Origin: the human T2T-CHM13v2.0 reference genome, Homo sapiens
NCBI RefSeq assembly: GCF_009914755.1
Contig: NC_060928.1
Strand: one strand, 5' to 3'
Length of the DNA stretch: 64,000 nucleotides
This document shows positions 25,333 through 43,437 of this stretch, in pieces (the first letter of the stretch is position 1; the number at the start of each line of letters is the position of its first letter). The position numbers were made by a program, and so were the translations under genes. The notes beneath the pieces are model-generated. The model searched no databases. It saw only the letters and a list, made by a program, of their open reading frames with translations, and was not told where the DNA came from.

Positions 25333-25884
25333 TAATTCATCCTGGTTAATTTGAATATTCATATTCAAACAAGTATGCAAAATTTCTGTACAGCATGTTT
25401 ACTGGAATACTGTAACAGCAAAGAAAAAAGTAATGCAAAGTATTTATCAGTGTTGTTCCAATTAAATGATACAATGAGTACATGAGATCCTATACAGCTG
25501 TTAGAAAGAATAAGGTAGATTTCTACATGGTGATTTGGTGAACCAACCAACATATATTGAGATGAAATCAAGCTGTAAACAGGGCAAACCTTTCCATCTA
25601 ATATCCTTCTAGATCTGCTTGCCTGAGCTAAGGGGAGAAGGGGAGGTGAGAATTGGAAAGGGAGATGGAGATGCGGCCTGAGCTGGAGAGGCTCACTTTC
25701 CAGAAGGTAAGCAACACCATATGCAAACTCTACTTCACAGTTTTGTCTGAGGCCACTCTGTCAACACCTTTAAAAAAAAAAAAGGGTGATTAGCTTTCAC
25801 ATTAGAGAACTGATTGTACATATGCAACACAGAAAACTCTGAAAGTAAATATAACCTACCCTTATATGTAAAGTTCACCAGTAA

Positions 25885-26614
<730 letters not shown>

Positions 26615-27997
26615 TGAACACAGAAATTTAAGAAAGCACAAGCACATTGGCTTTTATAAAGAAAGGGAGACTTGTTTTTATCAATGTATTATCCATCAAA
26701 ATTGTAAAACATGGCTATTTTAAAATCTCTTTTTAATTCATTAAATCAACAAAATCAGACTCCACCACCACCCCTAAAAAAAACAGAGCTTCTGGAGGGC
26801 AGAAATCTTAGTCATCATCATCTCTGAACACCACCTATATTGCTTAGCCACAGCACTCATAGAATAAATATTTACTGAATTCTTGACAATGTTTATTTTC
26901 TCTACATCTATATGTGCCAGGAACAAGTAAATCAACCAGAATTTTAAATTATACTTCAGTCTTAATTAGCCTCCAGTAAAATGAGAAAGTATATTTATAA
27001 ATAGGACATTCCTCAATAGTGCTACACTTCTGTGGAACTTTCTTCCTGTACACTTGAGCTGTTTTAAGTACTACTCCGTTTTCAGTTAACAGTTTCCATT
27101 TTAAAATCACTGGGGGTTTTTTTGAAAATAGAATGAACACAGTTCTCTTTTGGTGAGGACCCAAGAACAAGTGTCAACACAAACCAGCAGCTAGGCACTA
27201 GAAGAAAAAAACTTAACCAGTCCCACCGCACATTTAAATCCCTTGGTCTCCAGAGACATTAAGAAGCTGCTCTATCCTAGGCAAGACAGAACAGTTTTAC
27301 TGAATCAGAATTTTAGTACATCTGCCTCAATGAGGTCTTTGATAGAAAGTAATTTAAAACAAAGTTTCATCTTGTATGTTTCATTGACTTGTTCATCTCC
27401 CCGATATATATCGCTAATGTTAGAGAACAATGCTAATACCAAAGTCACGGGGGGCTTGATCCTTGAGGACAAGCAGCTTCAAGACTTGTTTCTCAAAAAT
27501 GTGCAACAGGTCACAAAGGTCTAAGTCATGAAAACATAAATAGTTTACTAACAAAATTCAAAATAGCCAGGCACGGTGGGCTCATGCTTGTAATCTCAGC
27601 ATTTTGGGAGGCCGAGGTGGGTAGATCACCTGAGGTTAGGAGTTTGAGACCAGTGTGGCCAATATGGTGTGAAACCCAGTCTCTACTAAAAATACAAAAA
27701 TTTGCTGGGCATGGTGGTGCACGGCTGTAATCCCAGCTGCTTGGGAGGCTGAAGCAGAATTGCTTGAACCTGGGAGGGTTGTAGTGAGCCGAGATGGCAC
27801 CATTGCACTCCAGCCTGGGCAACAAGAGCGAAACTCCATTACAAAAAAAAAAAAAAAAAAGAAAATTCAAAATAATCGAGGAGCAGTAAGGGAAGCAAAC
27901 ATAGGCATAGATGAAATAAAACGGACAATAAGTTGATAATTATTGAAGTTGGGTTATAGGTTCTGGGGAGTTCCTATGCTACTTTTTTTTTTTTTGA

Positions 27998-28105
<108 letters not shown>

Positions 28106-28733
28106 TAGCTGGGATTACAGGTGTGTGCCACCACGCCCGGCTAATTTTCTGTATTTTTAGTAGAGATGGAGTTCCACCATGTTGGGTAGGCTGGTCTTGA
28201 ACTCTCAACCTCAGGTGATCTGCCTGCCTCAACCTCCCAAAGTGCTGGGATTACAGGCGTAAACCACTGCACCCGGCCCCTATGCTACTTTTTAAAAATA
28301 TTTTTATATTTCCATAATAGTCATTTAATTTATATGTCAGCATTTTCCCATTTTTGTGATAGCAATCTGACTCCAGGTATATATTAAGCAACATGGTTTA
28401 TAAGTGACTTTCTATGTAGCATTAAGGGCAAAATAAACAAACATGTCTGAAGCTCTCAAACAATTCTTAGCACAGAAAAGCAGTGAAAGAACATGAATGT
28501 TGGGAAGGCAAAAAGCAATTCCCCTTATTCTGCAGGTCCAGGTCATTTTCTCTCCTCTACAACTAATACAACCTTTCCTGGTAGGGATTGGCAGTAATAA
28601 CTCAGTTGAGTCATACTGTTGCTATATGTGGTGAGGGAATTTTCCAGTGCTGTTAACCAATTTATCATTGCTGTTAGAACCTTAAACACTCCAGCTCATG
28701 CAAGTCTCTAAGAGACAGAGGGAGTTAAAATAG

Positions 28734-29350
<617 letters not shown>

Positions 29351-29765
29351 TATTTTAAAAAAATAAACTAAAAAACTGGATGTGGATCAATGAAACAAGA
29401 CTGGCCAGGAGTTAAAGACCATTGAAACTGGATCATGGGTAACTGAAAACTGTTGAGCCTACTTTTGTGTATATTTTTTAAACCTATAATAAAAAGTGTT
29501 TTTACAAAGCTTGTATCCTTAAGAATTATATTTCTATCACTCTGTCCTAAGGGACTGTCTGAATTGTGGATTACTGAAAATTTAAAAAACTATAAAGAAC
29601 CCAAATGTTAGTAATTAAAGCTATGGTACATTCAAGCAATGAAACATACTATGTAGTAACATGGTATAGCTAGCAAAACTGGCCTCTTGCTAATAGTATC
29701 TCTATAGTAGATTTGGCTTATTCTGCTAGGCTATTCCACTGAAAACAAGGAAGGGACATCCCTGA

Positions 29766-30156
<391 letters not shown>

Positions 30157-32832
30157 TGAAAGCATGATTTGGAAAGTTCTTTTCCTTTCCTTTTTAAGTT
30201 AATCCTCCCTGGTACCCACATCAAAACGTAACAGAATAGTGTAACCTGACTGTGAGCTTATCTTCTCTATACATCTTCCAATCCATTCCTTACATTTAAA
30301 AAAAAAAAAAAAGAAAAGAAAAAGAAAAAAGAAAAGCAGGATTCTAAGGACCCAGAATTACTGCAACTGGATTTTTTCCTTATTTTTCTCAAGGCTGTAG
30401 TATAAAAATATGTACCCTTTGAAACCTCTCTACTCTTTTTGCCAATCCCTGGTTTCCTCTCTCCTTCAAAAAGGTTAGTTCCCAGCTTTTTTTCCAAGAG
30501 CAACAATACTAAGATATTCATTTCCCTCCTAAGAAATGAGTCAGAATTCCAGTATGCTCAGTGTGAAATTCCTGTGATTAAGGTTTTTAAAAGTATTTAG
30601 AATTACTATCTACCTAGAATTTAAACTTGGGGAAGAATTATTGTACATTAAACTCATTATACCGGTTATTGTTAAGATGATCAGATACTGATTTTTTCTT
30701 GTTTTCCTATGTTTCTATACATATTACTTTTTGAACCAAATTACATATTTACATATGAATGTGTAAATATTTACATATATGTACAAAATTACATACATGT
30801 GTAAACAACAGATACTACCCAAAATAAAAATAAATGCTGATGTCAAAACTCCAATAACATTAGTAACTTAAGGCCAAGTTTTTATCTATGGAGAGATGTT
30901 TGCAAATAGTCCCAAACCTTAAGATTTTAGTTTTTGAAAGATGACCTAAGTGGCCTGGGGACAGAATTAGTAAGGAGACTTTTCACTGTATACGATTATG
31001 TGTTTTCTGAAATTACACCATTTGAATATTTTAACTATTCAAAGAGTATTAACTTTGTAAAAGAATAATCTTACAGTAAGTTTCTTGTTCTCTCAACCAT
31101 AGCCATTAGCTCTAGGGAAAAATAATTATATCTCAATTTACTCGAACTGAATATGCTAAATTGTTTAAACCCTGTCTTACCCTCTATCATCACTGAATTT
31201 GTTGGTTAAATATAGCATAAAAGGGATTGTAACTCCATAGGTAAATGTAACAAAATTAACCATATCCCATCATCAATGAAGATATTAAAAAGTATGTAAA
31301 CAGGCCCTATCATGGATACTTCTAAAGTCAGCCTTTCACCTAAATCTGAGGCAAACATTGTTTGCAAAAATCAGTTTTCAAAGTTTACTCTTCCCTGCCC
31401 TACTCACTCTCTGGTGGAAGCTTTAACAGCGGAAGAGAATCTAAACAATGAAACAGTGTATCTAAAACAGTGTATCTACCATAAACTATTAATGTTGGTA
31501 TAGTATTTTGTTAAATTAAGTTTAAAATAAAAGCAAATGGAAATTCATTTTAAAAACATATAAGACGGAAAAAAATCAGGAAAATGACAATGCCTAAACT
31601 AGTTTTGTTTTTTATCTTCTCCCAAGGTGCATCTGCAATCAAAGACATCATCTGGATGCTTACCATAGTTGAGATGACAAACGGAAAAAATGGTAGAGAG
31701 AGGAGAGAAGTAAGAGAGAATATTACTCCTGCCAAAGCAAGCCCACTTCTTCAGAAATAACAAGTGAAGCCAGCATAGAAACCTAAACTATCAGTGACAT
31801 CTACTCAAGTCTTGGCAAATACAGAAAAGGCCCCCAAAACATCAAGAGAGGAATTATCACCAGGGGCTGCTGAGGAGAACTTACACCATAAAGAAAAAGG
31901 AAAATGCATTCAATCGAGCCCAACTCATTTGAACACCTTGATACTGAACACTGTAACAGGCATGGGAAAAACGATGAGCAAGATGTGATCACCACTCTCA
32001 AGATAACCTCAGTCTAATTAAAATGGGGCTCCAGGAACTGCACTTGAAAGCCCCAGAGTATTGGGAGGCCGAGGTGGGTGGGTCACGAGGTCAGGAGTTC
32101 AAGATCAGCCTGGCCAAGATGGTGAAACCCCATCTCTATTAAAAATACAAAAATTAGCCAGGCTTGGTGGTTGGTGGGCACCTGTAATCCCAGCTACTCA
32201 GGAGGCTGAGGCAGAGACTTGCTTGAACCCAGGAGGCAGAGGTTGCAGTGAATTGAGATCGCACCACTGCACTCCAGCCTGGGCGACAGAGCGAGACTCC
32301 ATCTCAAAAAAAAAAAAAAACAAAAAAAAAAAACCAAAGCCCAGTGTAATGAAACTCACTCATTCTCATTCTCTTTTACCCACTCTCACTGACTACACTT
32401 CCCAAGCAGCAAGTACCATTGCATAATAGCTTTTATATTTTTTAGGTCTGGTAATTTACAGAAAGGACTGCACACTTTTTTCAACCTGCATGTTGGACCT
32501 TGCAGGGGTGTCAAGCCCCCTGTTGAGAAGAAAGTGAGTGTGAATAGACTCAGTAGGAAGCAGCATTATGGAGTAGAGATTTGGGCATAAAATGGCAGCA
32601 GGGATGCATATACACCACATACTCACCTCTCCTGGCTGATAGATCCTTTATATTCCACAAGCCTGTCTTTGGAATATATGTGATATACTATCTCTAACCA
32701 ACAAATTAAGTGATGATAGAGGGTAAGACAGGGTTTAGATAATTTAGCATGTTCAGTTCAAGAGAAAATTGAGATATAATTAAATATATATGAGAAAATT
32801 GAGATAATTATAATTTAATTTATTATATATAC

Positions 32833-33460
32833 CAATAAATATAATTTAATTTATTCTATATATCAATAAATATAATTTATTCTATATATCAATAAATATA
32901 ATTTATTCTATATATCAATAAATATAATTTATTCTATATATCAATAAATATAATTTATTCTATATATCAATAAATATAATTTATTCTATATATCAATAAA
33001 TATAATTTATTCTATATATCAATAAATATAATTTATTCTATATATCAATAAATATAATTTATTCTATATCAATAAATATAATTTATTCTATATCAATAAA
33101 TATAATTTATTCTATATCAATAAATATAATTTATTCTATATCAATAAATATAATTTATTCTATATCAATAAATATAATTTATTCTATATCAATAAATATA
33201 ATTTATTCTATATATCAATAAATATAATTTATTCTATATATCAATAAATATAATTTATTCTATATATCAATAAATATAATTTATTCTATATATCAATAAA
33301 TATAATTTATTCTATATATCAATAAATATAATTTATTCTATATATCAATAAATATAATTTATTCTATATATCAATAAATATAATTTATTCTATATATCAA
33401 TAAATATAATTATATATATCAATAAATATAATTTATTATATATATATCAATAAATAATTT
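32833..33460. repeat. AT-rich minisatellite, ~25 units of 26/24 bp (ttcta[ta]tatcaataaatataattta)
   Basis: CAATAAA recurs at 26-bp spacing 32864-33046, 24-bp spacing 33070-33190 and 26-bp spacing 33216-33398. The ends are degenerate and are followed by (TA)n to ~33560. Confidence 0.97.
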
Positions 33461-34695
33461 ATTATATATATTTATATATATCTCAATTTTCTCAAAAATA
33501 TTTATATGTATATATAAATGTATATATATATTTATATATATTTATATATATATATATATATTTTTTTTTTTTTAAGAGCAAGATAGGGACTCACGCTCTG
33601 TGGCCCACGCTAGAGTGCAATGGCAATCATAGCTCACTGCAGCCTCAAACTCATGGCTCAAGTGATCATCCCATGTCAGCCTCCTGAGGAGCTGGGACTA
33701 GAGGCACAGGCCACCACACCCAACTACTTAAAAAAATATTTTTGCTGGGCATGGTAGCTCATGCCTGTAATCCCAGCACTTTGGGAGGCTGAGATGGGAG
33801 GACTGCTTGAGCCCAAGAGTTCAAGACTGGTCTGGGAAACAGCAAGATCCCATCTCTATTAAGAAAAAAAAAAAAAAATTCGGATGGGCGCTGTGGCTCA
33901 CGCCTGTAATCCCAGCACTTTGGGAGACCGAGGCGGGCGGATCACGAGGTCAGGAGATGGAGACCACCCTGCCTAACACGCTGAAACCCCGTCTCTACTA
34001 AAAATACAAAAAATTAGCCAGGCATGGTGGCGGGCGCCTGTAGTCCCAGCTACTCGGGAGGCTGAGGCAGGAGAATGGCGTGAACCTGGGAGGTGGAGCC
34101 TGCAGTGAGCCGGAGATCGCGCCACTGCACTCCATCCTGGGCGAGAGAGATAGACTGTATCAAAAAAAAAATTATTTAAAAATAAAAATAATTTTTTTTG
34201 TAGAGACAGAGGTCTTGCTATGTTGCCCAGGTTGGTCGACATAGCAAGGCCAGGCTGATCCTCTGGCCTCAGCCTCCCAAAGTGCTGGGATTATAGGCGT
34301 GAGCCATTGTGCCCAGGCTGGAATATGCTGAATATAAAAGTGCTTGTGAGCTGCTATGTACTATAGGAATGTAATGAAAACGATATTTTACTATTACTGT
34401 TTCTACAACAATTCACTTTTATGTGGGAAGTGGTGAGTAAGTCCTGATGACCCTGTGTTAAATCTTTAAGGCCAAATGTCTTCTTTGGTCCTGGCAGGAA
34501 TAAACAAGTTTTTCAAAAATGGTGTGCAAACACACACACACACATACATAATTACAACCAGCAAATCAGATTATAGAATTTTCTGAACAAATTCACCTCA
34601 AAATATATCTATTTATATTTATATATCAAAATTGGAATCACAAATAAATGGGGAAGGGATTGCAATTTCAATAAATTCAGTGCTAGGAAAACCTA

Positions 34696-34758
34696 CAGTG
34701 TTACAGCTCTTTTAGAATTTGTCTAGCAGGCTTTCCGGTTTTTGCTGGAAAGCTCCCC
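34696..34758 (+). pseudogene. U7 snRNA retropseudogene (RNU7-P family)
   Basis: cagtgttacagctcttttagaatttgtctagcaggctttccggtttttgctggaaagctcccc matches human U7 (HDE-pairing 5' part, Sm site AATTTGTCTAG, 3' hairpin). A-rich tail and TSD aaaacctac (34688-34696 / 34779-34787). Confidence 0.93.
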
Positions 34759-35581
34759 AGAAAAAATTCCAAAAAGAAAAAACCTACTAGCAGTTAAGGA
34801 GGAAAAAAATCAGCAATTCTACCAGATAAGTAAGGTTAACATTTATTTGATCTTCAGGGAAGGACCCCCTACAGATACATACAAACTTTCCATCCATTAA
34901 AGTACAGAGAGAAAACAAAAAAGATAAATACAATGAAAAATATCAAATTTAGGACATAAGACTGTGCATTTAAAAAAAATCCCAAGTAAAATTAAAAGAG
35001 CAAAAGAATTAGGGGAAAAAAACTCCAAACATTCCACTAATATAGCTGGCAAAGACATTTTAAAAATACAGAGCATATGCAAACCAATTCTTTAGTAAGA
35101 TGGAACCATTTATACACTGCATTTGAAATTACAAACTATGATAACTTTTCTGGCAATACAAATCCAGATGTTAAAAAAACGTGCATGCCCTCTGAATAAT
35201 TCCAGTTCTAAGACTATCAAGGAAAATAATCTGAAATACAAAGGTTTATATACAAAGATGGTTATCATGGCTTTAAAGTAGTGAAAAATGGGGATGATCT
35301 AAATATCCAGCTAAAAAGAAATATTTAAATTGTGATATACACTGTAAAGTATTATACAGCCAAACGTTTCTTTTTTTTTTTTTTTTTTTTTTTTGAGAAA
35401 GGCTCTTGCTCTGTCACCCAGGCTGGCATGCAGCAGAGCAATCATGACTCACTGCATCCTTGACCTCCCAGGCTCAAGTGATCCCATCCCGAGTGGCTGG
35501 GACTACGGAGGCGCATGTTATCATGCTTGGCTTTTTTTTTTTTTAAGTAGAGACGGGGTCTCATTATGTTTCTCAGGCTAG

Positions 35582-36002
<421 letters not shown>

Positions 36003-36049
36003 TGATCCCCCCAACTTGGCCTCCCAAAGTGCTGGGATTACAGGCGTGA

Positions 36050-36364
<315 letters not shown>

Positions 36365-37197
36365 TGAGTCACCACGCCTGGCCTGCAAATGTTCGTTTTT
36401 AAAGGCATAGGAAAACACATACAAATGAAAAGGCTGAAAGAAAACATAAAACTTTAACATCTGTTATCTCTGGGTGGCAGGATTTTACTTTTCACTTTGT
36501 ACAGTTTTCAAATATCATATAATGGTTACATATTAACTTTTATAATCAGGAAAAAAATTTTTGGATGCAGCAGCTAAATCCAGGGAAGGTCACTCAGTTT
36601 CTTCAACAAATAAATGGCAAAAAATAAATAAATCTTAAGAGATGGCAGGGGAACGGTTACAGATTAAAACAAAATTAAGAGATACCAATCCTGATTCAAA
36701 CCAACCTAGTAAAAGGACATTTATGAACTATCAGGAACTTTGAACACTGTTTAAATGACATTGTTACATACGTACAATGTCAACGATCACATCTAAAAAG
36801 AGTCTTTATCTCTTAGGAATCTCACTAAGTATTTTCAGTTAAAGTGATACAATACCTGGGGTCTAGTTTAAAATAAACCTGCCAAGGGGGGAGAGGTATG
36901 GATGAAACAAAACCACCATGAGTTTAACTGTTGAAGGCAAGTGATGGGTCCACAGAGATTCATTACACCATTCTACCTTTTAGTGCTAAAAATTTCAAAT
37001 TATTAATACATAAAAGGTTTTTTAAAAATACATTTTTATAGAAAAACAAACAATTATCTCTTCCCCTCTCCCCGACTCCATGCAAACAGAGCTCTTCCTG
37101 AGAAGGCAGGGATAACATTGGCTAATTCAAGGTCAGAATATGAAAATTCTTTTATTGTGATTTTAAAGAATATGATTTATAATAAAATTACTTTTCA

Positions 37198-37568
<371 letters not shown>

Positions 37569-38306
37569 TCAGCAAGAAGAAAATGCACAGTAACAATTTA
37601 GAATGTATGCAATTATTCATAACTGTTGTCTGGTCAGTAAAAAAGAAAGTTTAAAAAAATAGAACGTATGCAATTAGTTTTTACATAACAGAAAACAGAG
37701 ATACTGGTCAATGAAATGGGAGGCCAGAGGAAGCATTCTATGCATTTTTATCTTAAAAAGCATCAATAAGTAGTTGGGATGACTTTTATCAGATTACCCA
37801 AAGTCTCAGTATAATGAGGTGTTCAAACCTACTCATACACAATACTTTTTACAAAATACTCAAAACTGGTTATTCTTTTAACACAAATGGCTCTCAAATA
37901 TTACCACACCTAGTTTATGTTCTAATGTAGCTTTACTACTTTCACATCTTAACAAAAGCCCTTCTGATAAAAATCAAAGCAGGAAAATTTTCTGTTTTTA
38001 AAATGAGGAACATAGCCCCAGCTAAGGTAGTAATTTCACTATGATCGCACATCTAGTATATGACAGATCTTATACAGGAAGTCACATTGTAAAATCCTGA
38101 GCAGGACTCATTCCCCATCTGCCAGATATGACCAATCATGCTAGTTATGTTTCTTTCACCCTTACAAAGACAACTTTAGAGCAGTACAGAAATTAGATAA
38201 CTATCAAATAACTTCCTATTAGTTTGGCCAGGCGCAGTGGCTCATGCCTGTCATTCCAGCATTTTGGGAGGCTGAGGCAGGCGGATCACCTGAGGTCAGG
38301 AGTTCA

Positions 38307-38522
<216 letters not shown>

Positions 38523-38633
38523 CTATTCGTTCTTAGTAACGAAATACTTTTCTCTTAAACTACATTTGCTTCTCTGATGGGAAGTAGGCAAGAAAAGGAT
38601 GCAGACTTGGCTGGGCATGGTGGCTCACACCTA

Positions 38634-38946
<313 letters not shown>

Positions 38947-39618
38947 TCAAGTTCAAATTGGTCAATTAATGTTTGCTAAAAATTATTCTAAAGCTATACC
39001 TGGGAGAAGTTAAAGACATACAAAATTTAAATGTTGAAATAAACCCCATTACATGCCCTTGATGTCACAATTCTCTGTGATCTAAACTCACGCAGGATTA
39101 AAACTCCCTGAAACTCATCATTACAATTTTTTTTTTCTTTTTTGAGACGGAGTCTTGCTCTGTTGCCCAGGCTGGAGTGCAGTGGCGCAATCTAGACTCA
39201 CTGCAACCTCCACCTCCCGGGTTCCAGTGATTCTCTGCCTTAATCTCTCGAGTAATTGGCACTACAGGCACGCGCCACCACATCCAACTAATTTTTGTAC
39301 TTTTAGTAGAGACGGGGTTTCACCATGTTGGTCAGGCTGGTCTCAAACTCCTGACCTCTGGTGATCAGTCTCCCAAAGTGCTGGGATGACAGGCGTGAGC
39401 CACTGCACCCAGCCAATCCCTGAAATTCTTATAATTTTACAAGAAAGTGAAAGCTTAAAGACACCCTTTTCAGAGGGCATACTATTCAAAAGGAAGAGAC
39501 TACAGCAGGCAAGAAAGGACAACAGAAGTTTATTTTCCACAGAATACAACAGGAATATACAGAAGCAACTACGTCAGCATGGCCAGAGGCCACTGTATAG
39601 ATCAGGTATAGATTAGTG

Positions 39619-39972
39619 CAGGGGTCCCCAGCCTCCAGGCCATGGACTGGTACTGGTCTGTGGCCTGTTAGGAACCTGGCAGCACAGCAGAAGGAGGTGA
39701 GGTGCGGGCCAGCAAGCATTACCACCTGAGCATTACCACCTGAGCTCTGCCTTCTATCAGATCAGCGGTGGCATTAGATTCTCACTGGAGCGACTGCATG
39801 CGAGGGATCTAGGCTGCACGATCCTTATGAAAAAATAATGTCTGATGATCTGAGGTAGAATAGCTTCATCCCAAAACCATTCTCCCCACGCCCCCCACCC
39901 CTGCCCCAGCCCACTGAAAAAACTGTCTTCTATGAAAATGGTCCCTGGTGCAAAAAAGGTTGGGGACCACTG
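39619..39972 (+). mobile_element. MER1B (hAT-Charlie MITE)
   Basis: Termini caggggtcccca...tggggaccactg; 8-bp TSD gattagtg (39611-39618) / gattagag (39973-39980); internal small duplication agcattaccacctg x2. Confidence 0.9.
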
Positions 39973-40614
39973 GATTAGAGTATACCAAGTCTTCATTTAT
40001 TTATATTCAACAAATCACAACTTCACAAGTGGCACTATTACAACTTTGGAGATACAGCAGTTCTCGCCCACTCAATTAAGAATCACTTGAATTGGAAAGA
40101 GGAAAGAACTGAGGCTCTGAAAGCTTCAGTAATTTGCCCAGTCACACAGCACAGGAGGTGGGATTCAAACGCCCTGTCTTCTCTCACTTCTCCTTTCTTG
40201 AAAAGGATGTATCTAACAAATTCTCAGGGGACAAAGTAACCAGCAAGAGAGTTCAGAGGAGGATACAGAAGAAACAAAGGTAGCTTTTACCATCAAGAGC
40301 TTGCAATCAAGTTAACTGTTAATTTAAATTAAATAATTGCATACCAATAGATAATTAACAACTAAATAAATGTTACAAATTACCTTTGTGATCACTACTT
40401 TGGAGAAAGCTCAAAACTCAAGGAAAGGAGAACGCTTTTCTCCTTGACCTTCTATTCCATCACTACTAGGCTTAACTCTTCAAGGTCAGAGAGAATTTCC
40501 TCATCTCCTTAATGTTTCCATTTCTCTGCAACACATGATTCTGTTAAGATTCATCCCCCAGGTGGCCACCATTTTTCTAGAAATTCTCATTAAATGTGAC
40601 CCTATTTTCTCAGG

Positions 40615-40976
40615 TGCCTTAGTCTATTGGGATGCTTAAACAAAATAACACAGACTGGGTAACTTACAAACAGAAATTTACTTCTCACGGTTCTGGAGGC
40701 TAGGAAGTCCAAGATCAAGGCACTGGTAGATTCAGTGTCTGCTGAGGACCCACTCTCTGGTTGGTAGATGGTGCCTTCTCACTGTGTCCTACTATGGTGG
40801 AAGAGGGCAAGCAGCTCTCTGAGCCCTCTTTTATAAGGGCACTACTCCTCATGATGATGGCTCCACCCTCATGACTTAATCACTACCCAAAGGCCCACCT
40901 CCTCCTAATACTATCACACTGGGGGTTAGGATTTCAAATATGAATTGTGGGGAACACAAGCATTCAGACCAAAGGA
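40615..40976 (-). mobile_element. Solo MLT1A0-type MaLR LTR
   Basis: acagactgggtaacttacaaacagaaatttacttctcacggttctggaggctaggaagtccaagatcaagg... Confidence 0.85.
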
Positions 40977-41773
40977 CTGTCTTAAACATTACCTTCTCTT
41001 TCCTTGGCGACCCTTTTTTCTTTACCTCTATCTGACTCCTATTCTAGGATCACTTTAGACAACACTTGCCAAAACATCATGGGACAGCAAAAAGAACATC
41101 CTTAGACAAAAAACTTAAGGCAGTACTGAGAAATATTAATAGATAAATCACTTAGCCTTGTTGTGACTTCAGTTTATCTATAAAACAAGAGTGATAATTG
41201 AAACTATTCATTTTAAACAGTTGCGCAAAGATCAAGTGAGAATTTGTAACAGTACTTAATAAACTGAAAAAGTTTTAAAACTTGGGGTCAGTTGAAGACC
41301 AAAGTATCTTTAACCCTTAGCCCAAGTTCTCTGTATAGTGCTCTGGAGTGTGTGTGTTCCACTGGGGCCAAAGTTATCACTCATCTGCATAAAAGGGAAA
41401 GAAAAGAAAGAAGTCTTCTGTTCTTAATCTTGGTCTCTCACCTACTAATGTCCTGTCCTTTCCTGGCCGCAGTTTACTCTTGTACAATCCTAAGAATTCT
41501 CTCTGTGCCTGGTCAAGGTCCAGGGGTAAAACTGATCATAAAGAGTCAAACAAAGGAAAGCTTTTCAATTAAATCATCTTTGTTTGTATTCAATATCATA
41601 ACCATAAGTTTCATAATTTGAAAACGTTTTCTAAAATTTCCACCCAAGAGGGCACATGTCATCAGGACCTCCTGTGTCATGGAGAGAAAATTTTTTAATC
41701 CTAAAAAAAAGGCTAGGCGTGGGGGCTCACGCCTATAATCCCAGCACTTTGCGGGGCCAAGGCAGGAGGACTA

Positions 41774-41986
<213 letters not shown>

Positions 41987-42077
41987 TCACAAAAAAAAAA
42001 AAAAGAAAAAAAATTCTACCCAAGAATATTTACTAGTCATATTCTAAATTTTAACATTTTAAAATCAGGAAAATGTG

Positions 42078-42733
<656 letters not shown>

Positions 42734-42756
42734 TAAATCAGAAACAGAAAAATTTA

Positions 42757-43189
<433 letters not shown>

Positions 43190-43329
43190 TCATGGCTCAC
43201 TGCATCCTTGACCTCCTGAGCTCAAGCCATCTTCCCACCTCAACCCCCCAAGCAGCTAGGACTACAGGTGTGTGCCACCACAATGGCTTCGCTTATAAAT
43301 GTTAAGCAAGCAGTAGGTTTTTGTTTTGA

Positions 43330-43437
<108 letters not shown>

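Noticed and set aside
32833-33460. Regularly spaced palindromic repeats as a CRISPR-like array
   Set aside because: There are no unique spacers (units are head-to-tail identical), no cas genes, and the context is a human intron. It is a minisatellite.
41650-41682. Short match to a MER4-type LTR motif (gggcacatgtcatcaggacctcctg)
   Set aside because: Too short to call an element without an alignment.
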